From assembly GCA_034521815.1 (NCBI GenBank), contig JAXHLW010000013.1, positions 832,001-896,000 of the forward strand: a stretch of 64,000 nt of DNA, in the 5' to 3' direction. This DNA comes from Trueperaceae bacterium. GTDB taxonomy: Bacteria > Deinococcota > Deinococci > Deinococcales > Trueperaceae. Below, one piece after another: positions 1-10,795 of this stretch. Made by a program: the position numbers and the translations under genes. How positions within the stretch are numbered: position 1 is the first letter of the stretch; each line of letters starts with the position of its first letter. A model generated the notes under the pieces. The model was not told the DNA's origin. It searched no databases and saw nothing but the letters and a program-made list of their open reading frames with translations.

Positions 1-761
1 GCCTTGCCGACGATGGCGTTGAGGTTCGCCCCGTCGTAGTACAGCTGCGCGCCGACAGCGTGCGCCGCGTCGGCGATCTCGCGGATCCGCGACTCGAAGA
101 TCCCGATCGTGCTGGGGTTCGTGAGCATCACCGCGGCCGTGTCGGGGCCCAGCTTCGCTTTCAGCGCCTCCACGTCCACCTCGCCGTCGGCGGCCGTGGG
201 AACCTCGACCACGCGGTAGCCGACCATGCCGGCGGTCGCGGGATTCGTTCCGTGCGCCGCGTCGGGCACGATCACCACGCGGCGCTGCTCGTTCTCCCCG
301 CGGGCCACGTGGTAGGCGCGGATCATCAGGATTCCGGTCAGCTCGCCGTGCGCGCCCGCCGCGGGCTGAAGGCTCACGTCGTCCATGCCGGTCACGGTCG
401 CGAGGCCGCCCTGCAGGCGCCACAGGAGCTCCAGCACGCCCTGCGCGCCTTCGGGGTCCTGCGATGGATGCAGGTCGGTGAACAGCGCCGCCGCGTCCTC
501 GTGCACCTTCGGGTTGTACTTCATGGTGCAGCTTCCCAGCGGGTAGACGTTGCCGTCGATCGAGAACTGGCGGTGGGCCAGCTGGGTGAAGTGACGGACC
601 AGGTCCAGCTCGGACACTTCGGGCAGACGCGGAGGCTCGGACCGCAACGACGCCTCGCCCAGCAGCTCCGCCATCTCGGGGCCGTCGACGACCGGGGGCC
701 TGACGCCGCGCCGGCCGGGACGGGATCGTTCGAACAGGAGGGGCGCGTCGTGCTCAGCCAT
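1..761 (-). CDS. gcvPB: Glycine dehydrogenase (decarboxylating) subunit 2, partial (runs off window start)
   Basis: Manual reverse translation from ATG at 761: MAEHDAPLLFERSRPGRRG...LPEVSELDLVRHFTQLA...YPLGSCTMKYNPK; directly downstream of gcvPA. Confidence 0.93.
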   Translation of the reverse strand, partial: MAEHDAPLLFERSRPGRRGVRPPVVDGPEMAELLGEASLRSEPPRLPEVSELDLVRHFTQLAHRQFSIDGNVYPLGSCTMKYNPKVHEDAAALFTDLHPSQDPEGAQGVLELLWRLQGGLATVTGMDDVSLQPAAGAHGELTGILMIRAYHVARGENEQRRVVIVPDAAHGTNPATAGMVGYRVVEVPTAADGEVDVEALKAKLGPDTAAVMLTNPSTIGIFESRIREIADAAHAVGAQLYYDGANLNAIVGK

Positions 762-2094
762 GGGCCACCTCGCCAGCTCGCTCGCCGACGGCGCTCAGGG
801 CCGCGACCAAGGCGTCGACGTCGGACGGGCGCGTCAGCTCGGTCGCGGTGATCAGCACGGCGTCGCCCAAGCCGTACTCGGCCGGAATCGGCAGACCTGC
901 CCGGACGCCCTCACGCTGCAGGTCGCGTCTGAGCGCACGCGCATCGCGCGAGATCCGGAGCGGGAACTCCGCGAAGAACGGACCGGAGCGGACGACGGCG
1001 TACCCTTCGCGCTCCAAGCGGTCGGCCAGCGCGTGGGCGTTGCGGACCGTGCCCTCCGCCATCTCGCGCAGCCCGTGCGGACCGAGCGCCGCGACGTTCA
1101 CGGTCGCCATGAGCGCGGCGAGCTGGTGGTTCGAGCAGATGTTCGACTTCGCCTTGCCGCGACGAATGTGCTGCTCGCGCGCCTGCAACGTCAGCACGAA
1201 GCCGCGGCGGCCGTCCACGTCCCGCGTCTCGCCCACGAGCCGTCCCGGAAGCTGACGAACGAGCGCCTCGCTGACGACCATGAACCCGAAGTGCGGGCCG
1301 CCGTACTGCAGCGGCACGCCCAGCGGCTGGCCCTCGCCGACGGCGATGTCGGCGCCCACCTCGCCGGGGGTGCGCAGGATCGCCAGCGAGAGGGGGTCGA
1401 CGACCGACACGAACAGCGCTCCGGCATCGTGCGCCGCGTCGGCCAGGGCGTCCATCGTCTCGAGTCGGCCGAGGTGGTTCGGGTTCTGGACGATCAACGC
1501 GGCCGCGTCGCCCAGCTCGCTCGGAACCGGCGTGGCCAGATCGTCCAAGTCCACCACGTGAATCTCGGCGTCGAGCGCGTGAAGGTAGGTCTCGAGCACG
1601 TCGCGCGACTCGGGATGCACGCCGCGCGACACGAAGATCTTGTCGCGCCGGGTGGCCCGAATCGCCAGGAGCGCCGCCTCGGCGACAGCGCTGGCGCCGT
1701 CGTACATGCTGGCGTTGGACACCGGCAGGCCGGTCAGCTCGCTCATGATCGTCTGGTATTCGAAGGTGGCTTGCAGGACGCCTTGCGACACCTCCGGCTG
1801 GTAGGGCGTGTACGCGGTGACGAACTCGGACTGCATCGCGAGGTGGCGCGTGACGGCCGGCAGGAAGTGTCGGCGGACCCCCCCGCCCAGGAACGAGGGG
1901 CTACGGGCGTCGTCGCGCGACGCGAGCTCCTGGAGGTGATCCATGAGGGTCACCTCGTCCATCGCCTCGGGCAGGTCGAGCTCGGGATCCAGCAGCTCGG
2001 CCGGGACGTCGGCGAACAGCTCGCCGACCGACGCCACGCCGATCGCGTCGAGCGCGCGGCGAACGTCCTCCTCGGTGTGGGGGGCGTAGCGCAC
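754..2094 (-). CDS. gcvPA: Glycine dehydrogenase (decarboxylating) subunit 1
   Basis: Motifs TAYTPYQPEVSQG, SNASMYDGASA, LQAREQHIRRGKAKSNICSN; GTG start at 2094 overlaps the gcvH stop. Confidence 0.95.
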   Translation of the reverse strand: MRYAPHTEEDVRRALDAIGVASVGELFADVPAELLDPELDLPEAMDEVTLMDHLQELASRDDARSPSFLGGGVRRHFLPAVTRHLAMQSEFVTAYTPYQPEVSQGVLQATFEYQTIMSELTGLPVSNASMYDGASAVAEAALLAIRATRRDKIFVSRGVHPESRDVLETYLHALDAEIHVVDLDDLATPVPSELGDAAALIVQNPNHLGRLETMDALADAAHDAGALFVSVVDPLSLAILRTPGEVGADIAVGEGQPLGVPLQYGGPHFGFMVVSEALVRQLPGRLVGETRDVDGRRGFVLTLQAREQHIRRGKAKSNICSNHQLAALMATVNVAALGPHGLREMAEGTVRNAHALADRLEREGYAVVRSGPFFAEFPLRISRDARALRRDLQREGVRAGLPIPAEYGLGDAVLITATELTRPSDVDALVAALSAVGERAGEVAHG

Positions 2095-2483
2095 TACGCC
2101 TCCTCTTCGCACACGGACCGGTACGCGTCCGCGTCCAGGAGGTCCTCTCGGGCGGCGGGATCGTCGGCCTGAAGGCGGAACAGCCAGCCGCCTTCGTACG
2201 GCGATTCGTTGATCCGCTCCGGGGCGTTCTGAAGCGCCTCGTTCACCGCGACGACGGTTCCCTTCAGGGGCGCGTAGATGTCGCTGGCCGTCTTGACGCT
2301 CTCGACCACAGCGACCGCGTCGCCCGCCGCGACCTCGTCACCGACCGAGGGCAGCTCGACGAACACGACGTCCCCGAGCTGATCCTGAGCGAACGCGCTG
2401 ATGCCGACCGTGACGACGCCGTCCTCGGGGCTCGAGACCCACTCGTGGCTGCGTGCGTACCGGAGCGTTTCGGGAATGTCCAT
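2094..2483 (-). CDS. gcvH: Glycine cleavage system H protein
   Basis: SHEW, lipoyl motif [26 protein letters not shown] at 2483 with GAGGAGG SD. Confidence 0.95.
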   Translation of the reverse strand: MDIPETLRYARSHEWVSSPEDGVVTVGISAFAQDQLGDVVFVELPSVGDEVAAGDAVAVVESVKTASDIYAPLKGTVVAVNEALQNAPERINESPYEGGWLFRLQADDPAAREDLLDADAYRSVCEEEA

Positions 2484-2521
2484 ACCGTCCTCCTCGTGAG
2501 GTCGCGTCGCGACCGATGCCG

Positions 2522-3609
2522 TCAGGATACCCGCGCGTCGGGACGGAAGAACGGAAGGTCCACGACCGTCGCGGACACGCGCTGCGCCCGGATCTCGACC
2601 GCGACCTCCGTGCCGATCTCCACCAGGTCGGCGTCCAGCCACGCGAAGGCGATGCTGTCGCGGGTGAGGGGAGAGATCGTCCCGCTGGTCACCTCGCCGC
2701 GCTTCCGTCGCCGCCGGGCTCGCGCAGAATCCTGTAGCCCTGACGGGCGATCCCGCGGCCCAACAGCCGCAGCCCGACCAGCCTGCGCAGGCAGGCCGGC
2801 TCGTCGCTCCAGCCCTCCTGGCCAGCGAACGGCTTGTTCTTGACGACCCAGTGGAACGGCGTGCAGCGTGGATCGGTCTCACCGGTGAGCTCGTGCCCGA
2901 ACAGCGGGAAACCGGCCTCGAGGCGCAGCGTGTCGCGGGAGCCCAGCCCGCACGGTCGCGCGCCGGCGTCGGTCAGCGCCGTCCATACCGCGACGGCGTC
3001 TTCGGGACGGGCGAACACCTCGAAGCCGTCCTCGCCGGTATAGCCGGTGCGTGCCAGCCGCACCGGCGCCCGCCCCAGCAGCGCCGTGAGCGTGTCGTTC
3101 TTGCGAACCGAGGTGAGGTCGACGTCCACCAGCCTGTCCAGCAGAAGCGCCGCGCCCGGGCCCTGCAGCGCCAGGAGCGCCCAGCGGTCGCTGACGTCCC
3201 GGACCTCGACGTCGCCTCGCCCGGCCGCCAGCGACGTCAGCCGCTCTCCGACGACGTCGCGGTTGGAGGCGTTCGCGACGATCAGCCACGCGCCTTCCTC
3301 CAAGTGATAGAGGTAGGCGTCGTCCACCAGCCCACCACGGTCGTTCGGAATCATCGTGTAGTGCGCACGTCCCACCTTGAGCTTCTTCGCGTCGTTCAGC
3401 AACGCGAACCGCAGGAAGGAAAGCGCACCCTCGCCCGAGACGCGGAACTCGGCCATGTGGCTGACGTCGAAAAGCCCTGCGCGCTCGCGCACGGCGAGAT
3501 GCTCCTCGGCGATTCCCCCTGGATACTGGAGCGGCATGCGCGTGCCCGCGAAGTCCGTCATGCGGGCTCCGAGCGCCTCGTGCGTCGCGGTCAACGGCGT
3601 GGTGTCCAT
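2522..3609 (-). CDS. gcvT: Aminomethyltransferase (glycine cleavage T protein), frameshift near 2698
   Basis: [32 protein letters not shown]-terminus [12 protein letters not shown]...VDLPFF continues in another frame to the stop at 2522. Confidence 0.92.
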
Positions 3610-3695
3610 GCGGTCACGCTACCACCGAGCGTCGCGGCTCCGGGAGGTCGGGTCGGCCCGGCCTCAGCGCGACGAAACGAGCGCGAGGCGAAGCG

Positions 3696-4286
3696 TCAGG
3701 CCTTCTGCGCCAGCTTCTCCAGCACCATTCGAGACACGCCCCTCAGCGGCTCGAACACCCCTTCGAACCGTGCCGCCACGGCGTCGAACGCCGGCACCTC
3801 GCCGCTGGGGTCGAGCACCTTGCGGATCATGTCGCTAGGCAACGCATCGTCGAGGTCGCGCTTGTTGATCTGCAGCACGTAGGGAATCTCCGAGAGGCGC
3901 AAGTCGTACTCGAGCAGGTTCTCGCGAAGGTTGCGGAGGCTCTCGGCGTTGGCGCGAAGCCGGTTCGGCGCGCTGTCGGCCACGAACACGATGCCGTCGA
4001 CGCCACGAAGGATCAGCTTGCGAGACGAGTTGTAGAACACCTGACCGGGCACGGTGTACAGATGGAAGCGCGTCTTGAACCCGTTCACGGTGCCCAGATC
4101 GAGCGGCAGGAAGTCGAAGAACAGCGTCCGCTCGTCCTCCGTCGCGAGACTGACCATCTCGCCTTTCGAGTCGCCCGGCACGCGCTCGTAGATCATCTTC
4201 AGGTTCGTCGTCTTGCCCGACAGGCCGGGGCCGTAGTAGACGATCTTGAAGTTGATCTCGCGGGCGGCGAAGTTGATCGTGCTCAT
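3696..4286 (-). CDS. mglA: MglA family small GTPase
   Basis: [52 protein letters not shown]. Confidence 0.95.
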   Translation of the reverse strand: MSTINFAAREINFKIVYYGPGLSGKTTNLKMIYERVPGDSKGEMVSLATEDERTLFFDFLPLDLGTVNGFKTRFHLYTVPGQVFYNSSRKLILRGVDGIVFVADSAPNRLRANAESLRNLRENLLEYDLRLSEIPYVLQINKRDLDDALPSDMIRKVLDPSGEVPAFDAVAARFEGVFEPLRGVSRMVLEKLAQKA

Positions 4287-4786
4287 GCGTCCCTCGGTCC
4301 GAACAGGCCGTCGAGAAGCTTCTCGGTCGATTCGGTCCAGCTCTCGTCGAGATCGAGGGACGGTGCCTCGATGTCGCGCAGGCTGGCCAGCTCGTCCCGA
4401 ATCTCCTTCGCAGCGCGCTGCGCGTGCACCTTGATCCGACCGACCGTCGCGCTCCCGTCGAACACCACGACCAGCAGCGCGTCCGGGCCCAGCTCCTCGA
4501 CGTACGTCCCGACGTCGCTGCCCTGCTGAACCACCTCACGGAACCCCTCGTCGCCGAACAGGTTCGCGATCGCCGCGTTGGCCGAATGGTTCGAGGCGAC
4601 CAGCGTCGCCAGCGAATCGAGCGAGGGGGGCTTCGGAGCTCCCAGCGCGCGAGCGTGGAGGATCACGAACCCCTTCCGGTCCACGACCAGGGCGTAGCGA
4701 GCCCGACCGCGTTCGAGCAACTCGCCGAGGCGCTCCCTCACGCGTGCGTGAGCGGCGCCGTACAGGTCGATGGACGGCTCCAGCAT
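4283..4786 (-). CDS. mglB: MglB roadblock/LC7 GTPase-activating protein
   Basis: Roadblock-like ([23 protein letters not shown]); coupled to mglA; TATCCT -10 box 6 nt before ATG. Confidence 0.9.
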   Translation of the reverse strand: MLEPSIDLYGAAHARVRERLGELLERGRARYALVVDRKGFVILHARALGAPKPPSLDSLATLVASNHSANAAIANLFGDEGFREVVQQGSDVGTYVEELGPDALLVVVFDGSATVGRIKVHAQRAAKEIRDELASLRDIEAPSLDLDESWTESTEKLLDGLFGPRDA

Positions 4787-4941
4787 GGCCGGAGGATAGC
4801 ACGGGCCGATTCGCCCTCCGTGCGGCCGATTCCACGTCGACACCCCGTCGGACGGCCGCCGGTGCAGCGGCGTGGTGCGCGGCTGGCACGGGGAGGGCCC
4901 GCTTCGAACACCGTGCTAGCCTCGATTCGAGGAGGTGGATG

Positions 4942-5277
4942 ATGGCAGGCAAGTTCGAGGTCAAGAAGGGGGCCGGCGGAAAGGTCGGCTTCGCCCTCAA
5001 AGCCAGGAACGGCCGCATCGTCCTGACGGGTCAGCAGTACGCCGGCAAGGCAGGCGCCGAGAAGGGCGTGCGTTCGGTGCGAGACAACGCCGCGGACGAC
5101 GCCAAGTTCGAGCGCAAGAGTGCGAAAGACGGGCGACCGTACTTCGTGCTCAAGGCCGCCAACGGCCAGGTGATCGGTCAGAGCCAGATGTACTCGTCCA
5201 CGCGCGCCATGGAGAACGGCATCGCTTCGGTTCGCCGGCACGCGGCCGAGGCCGACGTCGACGACCAGCTCGGCTAG
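4942..5277 (+). CDS. yegP: YegP/DUF1508 family protein (two repeats)
   Basis: MAGKFEVKK...FALKARNGRIVLTGQQY and FVLKAANGQVIGQSQMYSS...ENGIASV; GGAGG SD. Confidence 0.9.
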   Translation: MAGKFEVKKGAGGKVGFALKARNGRIVLTGQQYAGKAGAEKGVRSVRDNAADDAKFERKSAKDGRPYFVLKAANGQVIGQSQMYSSTRAMENGIASVRRHAAEADVDDQLG

Positions 5278-5349
5278 GCGCCCCTCCGGTTGCCCGGGTC
5301 GCGGGCGTGCGGTAGACTCCCGTTCGCGCGAGCGGTCTCGCGCCGACGC

Positions 5350-5426
5350 GGCGATGTAGCTCAGCTGGTTAGAGCGCACGACTCATAATCGTGAGGTCCG
5401 GGGTTCAAGTCCCCGCATCGCTACCA
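5350..5426 (+). tRNA. tRNA-Met (CAT), elongator-type
   Basis: GGCGATG/CATCGCT acceptor stem, anticodon arm CACGA-CTCATAA-TCGTG, TTCAAGT T-loop, encoded CCA. Confidence 0.93.
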
Positions 5427-5454
5427 AACGGACACGCTTCAGAAGCGCAAGAAA

Positions 5455-5479
5455 GGACCCCCGCCTAAAGCGGGGGTTC
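5455..5479 (+). terminator. GC-rich hairpin after tRNA-Met (putative terminator)
   Basis: GGACCCCCGC-CTAAA-GCGGGGGTTC. Confidence 0.6.
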
Positions 5480-5852
5480 GCTTATCGACGGCTACTCACC
5501 GTCGACGCGCCAGACGATGGGACGGCGTAGCCCCTTGGCGGTTCGTCGGGATCGCTTGTTCGGACCGGCACAGCGCCGTGTCGTCCGAAACCAATCATGG
5601 ACGTGCGTCACGGACGCGCTTCGACATGAGCCGCGAGTGAGCCCGGTCGAATGCATCCGATCTACCCCCTCGGGCATTCCATCAGTCGAAAGGAGGACGC
5701 GCCACCGCACCCACCGGTCGGTCCGCCTGGACCGCTGCCCGCTTGGGAGAGTTCCCGAAGCCGGGCGCCAGGGCCGACCACCATCCCCGCCACGAACCCA
5801 ACCCCCGATCGCGTCCGCCACAGCGACGTGCCGAGGGGTGAGAGGAACCGAG

Positions 5853-6822
5853 ATGAAGAACCGCTACGACCCGACGACGCTGTTCAGCCGCACATGATGG
5901 GATCCGCTTGACTGGCCTGCTGGGCAACTGGGCTTGATGGCGGCGCTGCGGCGTGCAGCTCGGTGATCGCGCAACCAGGCGAGGATACCGATGTAGACGC
6001 GGAGATCCTGAACTTCGCGCTGAACCTCGAGTACCTCGAAGCCGAGTTCTACCTCGCGGCCGTGGGCCGCACGGCCTCCTACGAGGCCGAGGTCGGTGGC
6101 GGCACCGTGATGACGAACGGTCCCGTGGACTTCACCGGAACGCCGGACCTCGAGGCTCTGGCGAACGAGATCGCCGACCACGAGGAAGCGCACGTCGTCT
6201 TCTTGCGGTCGGCCCTGGGCTCCGCAGCGGTCGATCGCCCGAACCTCGACCTCCGGGGCGGGGTCGGTGGCGCGTTCGGTACGGCCGCCCGGGCGGCGGG
6301 CTCCACCGCGGGCTTGGACGCCGCCACCCTGGACGTCCTGGAGACGTTCAGCCCCTACACCAACGGCTTGTTCTTCCTGCACGGGGCGTTCATCTTCGAG
6401 GACGTCGGCGTCACCGCCTACAAAGGGGCCGCACCGCTTCTCGCGAACAAGGACACCTTGGAAGCCGCCGCCGGGATCCTGGCGGTCGAGGCGTACCACT
6501 CCGGCGAGGTCCGCACCCAGCTGTACCAGGAGCGCGACACGGTCGCGATCCCGCGGACGCGCGGCGGAGCCGGCAACGTCGAACTGACCGTCCAGTCGAT
6601 CGTCGCGCGATCTCCGCGCTCCGCGCCGCGCTCGGAGGCGGCAAAGATCAGTCCATCGTGGTGGACGGTAGCGCCAACATCGTGCCCGCCGACGCGAACG
6701 CGATCGCCTTCAGCCGCACGCCGGCCGAAGTGTTGGACATCGTGTACGGCGGCGGCGTCGGCGGCGGCCTGTTCTTCCCGGACGGCGTCAACGGCGACGT
6801 CCGCGCTGCTTTAGTCGCGTAA
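5853..6822 (+). CDS. Ferritin-like (Ferritin_2; PCC13-62/desiccation-related type) exported protein, with indels at about 5895-5945 and 6606
   Basis: ILNFALNLEYLEAEFY, EIADHEEAHV, FIFEDVGVTAYKGAAP, GILAVEAYH; C-terminal NIVPADANAIAFSRTP...GLFFPDGVNG in a shifted frame; AAAC lipobox-like just upstream of 5963. Confidence 0.8.
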
Positions 6823-6913
6823 CGCGCCCCACGAGCGGGAGGGCGACTCATGTACGCCTTCCCGCTCGCCGCCGCCGCCTGCCTGAAATGGCGAAGCGTA
6901 GCGGTGGGGTACG

Positions 6914-7000
6914 TGGTGCCGGGAACGGGGCTCGAACCCGTACGCCCTCGCGGGCAGCGGATTTTAAGTCCGCAGCGTCTACCGATTCCGCCATCCCGGC
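6914..7000 (-). tRNA. tRNA-Leu (TAA)
   Basis: Reverse complement GCCGGGATGGCGGAATCGGTAGACGCT-GCGGA-CTTAAAA-TCCGC...GTTCGAG...CCCGGCACCA; long variable arm. Confidence 0.95.
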
Positions 7001-7053
7001 ACGCGTGGAACATGCACGGGCGAGGACGCAGAGCGCATCCCCGCCTACGAGGC

Positions 7054-8664
7054 TCACACCAGGTACGCCATCGCGTCCGCCCGGTCGCCCGTCGCCCGAG
7101 CGTCGTCCCAACCGAGCTCGCCGGCCAGCAGCTCGCTGACCCGGGGCAGGGCGGAGATCGCCGCGTCGCGATCGAGGAACCCGAGCCGGGTCCGCCTGGC
7201 CAGAACGTCGACGCTGGTGCGGGCCAGCTCCTCGCGCGCCGTATGGATCACCTCGGCCTCGATGAACGCGTGGCTCTCGGCCAGACGGGCACCGAGGTCC
7301 TCGTCGCGGGCCAGCTCGGCGACACGCGCGGCGCGATCGCCGTACGCGCGGTTCAGGTGACTCGCGACATCGTGATCGATGCCGAACCGCTCTTGCAGCT
7401 CGCCGGCACCGGCGGAGCTGTACGCCTCGCCGCCCATCAGGTACAGCTCCGAGGTCCTCGACGGACCGGCCTGGAGACCGCCGACGCGCATCGCCTGATC
7501 GACCGCGTCGATCGCCATCTTGCGATAGGTGGTCCACTTGCCGCCGGCGATGGTGACCAGCTCGCCCTCGGAAATGTTCACGAGGTGGTCGCGCGACAAT
7601 CCGGCGGTATCGGCCGCCTCGGGGTTCGAGACGAGGGGCCGCAGGCCGGACCAGCTGGACAGGACGTCTTCGCGCGTGACGGGCATCGAGAAGTACTGAC
7701 GCACGTGACGGAGCACGTACTCGATCTCGTCCTCGTGGGCCTTGGGGTGGTACTCGATCTCGGCGGGGTTGTCGGTGGTGCCCACCAGGGTGTGGCCCAG
7801 CCAGGGGAGCAGGAACAGCACCCGTCCGTCCTCGGTCTCCGGAATCAGGAGGCCGGTCTCGGGTGGGCTGAACCGTTTGTCCAGCACGACGTGAATCCCG
7901 CTGCTGGCGGTCAGCATCGGCTTCACGGACGGATCCTCCATGCGCCGGATCGCGTCGGTGAACGGACCGGTGGCGTTGACGACCACGCGTGCCCGCACCT
8001 CGGTCTCCCGGTCGGTCTCGAGGTCGCGCACGACCGCTCCCCGGACCTTGCCGTCCGCCATGACCAGCGAGGCGACCTCGACGTGGTTCGCGACGACGGC
8101 GCCCTGCTCGGCCGCCGTCACGGCGATCGCGACGTTCATTCGCGCGTCGTCGAACTGGCCGTCGTAGTACACGACGCCGCCCCGAAGCCCGTCCGGCTTC
8201 AGCATCGGAAAGCGCTCGAGCGCCTCCTTGGCGTCGACGAAGCGGCTCGGATGCAGGTTGGTCTTTCCGGCCAGCCAGTCGTACATCTTCAGGCCGGTCA
8301 TGAAGTAGGGAACCTGCAGCCAGTTGTACAGCGGTGTCACCAGCGGAATCGGCTTGGCGAGGTGCGGCGCGATCTTGATCAGCATCGCCCGCTCCCGCAG
8401 AGCGTCGCGAACGAGGGCGAACTGACTGCGGTCGAACTGCTTCACGGCTTTCTCGAGGTAGCGCACCCCGCCGTGGATCAGCTTCGTGCTGCGGCTGCTG
8501 GTTCCCGCCGAGAAGTCGTCCCGCTCGACCATCGCGACCTTCAGCCCGCGGCTGGCGGCGTCGAGAGCGACGCCCGCGCCGGTCGCGCCGCCGCCGATCA
8601 CCAACAGGTCGAACGTCTCCTCGCCCAGCTTCCTCAGGTGCGCGTCCCGATCGATGCGGCTCAT
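7054..8664 (-). CDS. glpD: FAD-dependent glycerol-3-phosphate dehydrogenase
   Basis: [48 protein letters not shown] at 8664 overlaps the glpK stop. Confidence 0.95.
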   Translation of the reverse strand: MSRIDRDAHLRKLGEETFDLLVIGGGATGAGVALDAASRGLKVAMVERDDFSAGTSSRSTKLIHGGVRYLEKAVKQFDRSQFALVRDALRERAMLIKIAPHLAKPIPLVTPLYNWLQVPYFMTGLKMYDWLAGKTNLHPSRFVDAKEALERFPMLKPDGLRGGVVYYDGQFDDARMNVAIAVTAAEQGAVVANHVEVASLVMADGKVRGAVVRDLETDRETEVRARVVVNATGPFTDAIRRMEDPSVKPMLTASSGIHVVLDKRFSPPETGLLIPETEDGRVLFLLPWLGHTLVGTTDNPAEIEYHPKAHEDEIEYVLRHVRQYFSMPVTREDVLSSWSGLRPLVSNPEAADTAGLSRDHLVNISEGELVTIAGGKWTTYRKMAIDAVDQAMRVGGLQAGPSRTSELYLMGGEAYSSAGAGELQERFGIDHDVASHLNRAYGDRAARVAELARDEDLGARLAESHAFIEAEVIHTAREELARTSVDVLARRTRLGFLDRDAAISALPRVSELLAGELGWDDARATGDRADAMAYLV

Positions 8665-10157
8665 TCGGCCGCCTCCTCCCAAGCGGTCGCTCGGCCGACC
8701 GCCTTGCCCCAACCGTCCAGAAGGGCCTGGCGCTCGGCGTCCTGCATCTCGGGCTCGAAGCGGGCGTCCTCGGCCCACTGGGCCTCGAGCTCGTCGCGAC
8801 CCGACCAGAAGTCGACGGCCAGTCCCGCCAGGTACGCAGCGCCCAGCGCCGTGGTCTCGGTGATCTTCGGTCGGACGATCGGCACGCCCAGCACGTCCGC
8901 CTGGATCTGCATCAACAGGTCGTCGTTCGACGCGCCGCCGTCCACGCGCAGCTCCTCGAGACGGATCTCGGCGTCCGCCTCCATCGCCCTGATGACGTCG
9001 TGCACCTGGAACGCGATCCCTTCGAGCGCTGCGCGGGCGATCTCGGCGGCGCCGCTGCCGCGGGTCAGCCCGAAGATCGCACCGCGGGCGTACGGATCCC
9101 AGTGGGGCGCGCCCAGTCCCGCGAAGGCGGGGACGAGGTACACCCCGCCGTTGTCCTTCGCCTTGCGGGCGAGCTCCTCGACGTCCTCGCTGCGACGGAT
9201 GATGCCGAGGCCGTCGCGCAGCCACTGCACGACCGCGCCGGCGATGAAGATGCTGCCTTCGAGCGCGTAGTCCAGACCGTCCTGGTCCCAGGCGATGGTC
9301 GTCAGCAGCCGGTTCTTCGAGGCGATCGACTCGCTGCCGGTGTTCATCACCATGAAGCCGCCCGTGCCGTACGTCATCTTGCCCTGGCCGGGCCGGAAGC
9401 AGACCTGACCGAAGGTGGCGGCCTGCTGATCGCCGGCGATGCCCGCGATCGGGACCTCGGCGCCGAACGCTGCGGCCGGGACGCTGCCGACCACGCCGGA
9501 GCTGGCCACGACCTCGGGCATCAGCGCGCGCGGGATGTCGAACGCGTCCAGCAGCGAGTCGCTCCAGTCGAGGCGGTGGATGTCGTAGAGCATCGTGCGG
9601 CTGGCGTTGCTGACGTCGGTCACGTGGACCTCGCCGCGGGTGAGCCGCGCGATCAGCCACGAATCGATCGTGCCGAACGCCAGCTCGCCCGCTTCGGCAC
9701 GGGCGCGTGCGCCGTCGACGTGGTCGAGGATCCAGGCGATCTTGCTGGCGGAGAAGTAGGCGTCGGGGACCAGCCCGGTGCGTGCCACGATCTCGTCGCC
9801 CAGGCCCTGCTCGACCCAGCGCTGAATCGTCTCGGCGGTCCGTCGATCCTGCCAGACGATCGCACGGTGGATCGGCTGCAAGGTGCGCCGGTCCCAGATC
9901 ACGGTCGTCTCGCGCTGGTTCGTGATGCCGATCGCCGCCACGTCGCTCGGACGGACGTCCGAGCGAGCCATCACCTCGGTCGCGACGGCGGACTGGCTGC
10001 TCCAGATCTCGTTCGGGTCGTGCTCGACCCAGCCGGGCCGCGGATAGTGCTGTTCGAACTCGCGCTGCGCGACGGCGACGATCGTGCCGTCACGACCGAA
10101 GAGGATGGCTCTGGAGCTGGTCGTGCCTTGGTCGAGGGCCAGGATGGTGTGGGCCAC
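8661..10157 (-). CDS. glpK: Glycerol kinase
   Basis: [42 protein letters not shown]. Confidence 0.97.
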   Translation of the reverse strand: MAHTILALDQGTTSSRAILFGRDGTIVAVAQREFEQHYPRPGWVEHDPNEIWSSQSAVATEVMARSDVRPSDVAAIGITNQRETTVIWDRRTLQPIHRAIVWQDRRTAETIQRWVEQGLGDEIVARTGLVPDAYFSASKIAWILDHVDGARARAEAGELAFGTIDSWLIARLTRGEVHVTDVSNASRTMLYDIHRLDWSDSLLDAFDIPRALMPEVVASSGVVGSVPAAAFGAEVPIAGIAGDQQAATFGQVCFRPGQGKMTYGTGGFMVMNTGSESIASKNRLLTTIAWDQDGLDYALEGSIFIAGAVVQWLRDGLGIIRRSEDVEELARKAKDNGGVYLVPAFAGLGAPHWDPYARGAIFGLTRGSGAAEIARAALEGIAFQVHDVIRAMEADAEIRLEELRVDGGASNDDLLMQIQADVLGVPIVRPKITETTALGAAYLAGLAVDFWSGRDELEAQWAEDARFEPEMQDAERQALLDGWGKAVGRATAWEEAAE

Positions 10158-10261
10158 GTGGTGCCTCCTCGGGAAGCCGATGCCGTCTCATGGGCGATGG
10201 TACGAGGATCGTATCACGCCCCTGGGCACCGTCTGGGAGGCGGCTGAAGCCGGCGTCGCCG

Positions 10262-10714
10262 TCAGTCCGACTCGCGGGCGGGCTGCGGAACGAGTCGCGC
10301 CCGGGCCCACGCCCGCTCACCGGCCAGGCGCCGGGCCAGGGCCTCGGGCGCCCGTGGCAGCCCCGATGCGCGCCGACGGACCGAGCTCTCCGACCGGCCG
10401 GTGCGGAGCGCGTCCGACACCGCGGACTGCAGCTCGGCGTCGCCGATCGCGTGACGGCTGAACGCGAGGAACGCGAAGCGTCCCTGGTCGGGGAAGACGT
10501 GCAGCACGAGGTGCGCCTCGTCCAACAGCAGCACGTGGCTGCTGCCGTCCGCCTCGATCAGGCGAACCGGCGCGGGAACGTCGTCGCCTTCGATGCGGTG
10601 GGCCAGATCGCGCAGCAGGCGATCCAGGGCGTCAGGGTCCGACAGCGGCTCGGTTCCCGCCCCGCGACCGTCGAGCGTCAGGAGCGTGCCGGTGGCCAAA
10701 GGTTCGCTGGGCAT
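10262..10714 (-). CDS. S-adenosylmethionine decarboxylase (SpeD/SpeH)-like protein, processing site degenerate
   Basis: GSSHVLLLDEAHLVLHVFPDQG...AFSR aligns by eye to G-S-x-V-LL-x-ESH-x-x-H-T-F/W-P...FxC; TACGAT -10 box 7 nt before ATG. Confidence 0.65.
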   Translation of the reverse strand: MPSEPLATGTLLTLDGRGAGTEPLSDPDALDRLLRDLAHRIEGDDVPAPVRLIEADGSSHVLLLDEAHLVLHVFPDQGRFAFLAFSRHAIGDAELQSAVSDALRTGRSESSVRRRASGLPRAPEALARRLAGERAWARARLVPQPARESD

Positions 10715-10795
10715 CGGCGAGATCGTACCAGAGCGATCGAACGCCGAGAGGCGGCCCCATCGCCTCGCTGACCCGCGCGCGTCGGCGCGCGCGGG

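Noticed and set aside
3696-4786. MglA/MglB polarity module as a novel system
   Set aside because: Already well described in Myxococcus and Thermus
5480-5850. About 370-bp intergenic region after tRNA-Met as a riboswitch, ncRNA or small ORF
   Set aside because: No recognisable RNA family motif and no ORF with coding character; an Rfam search would be needed
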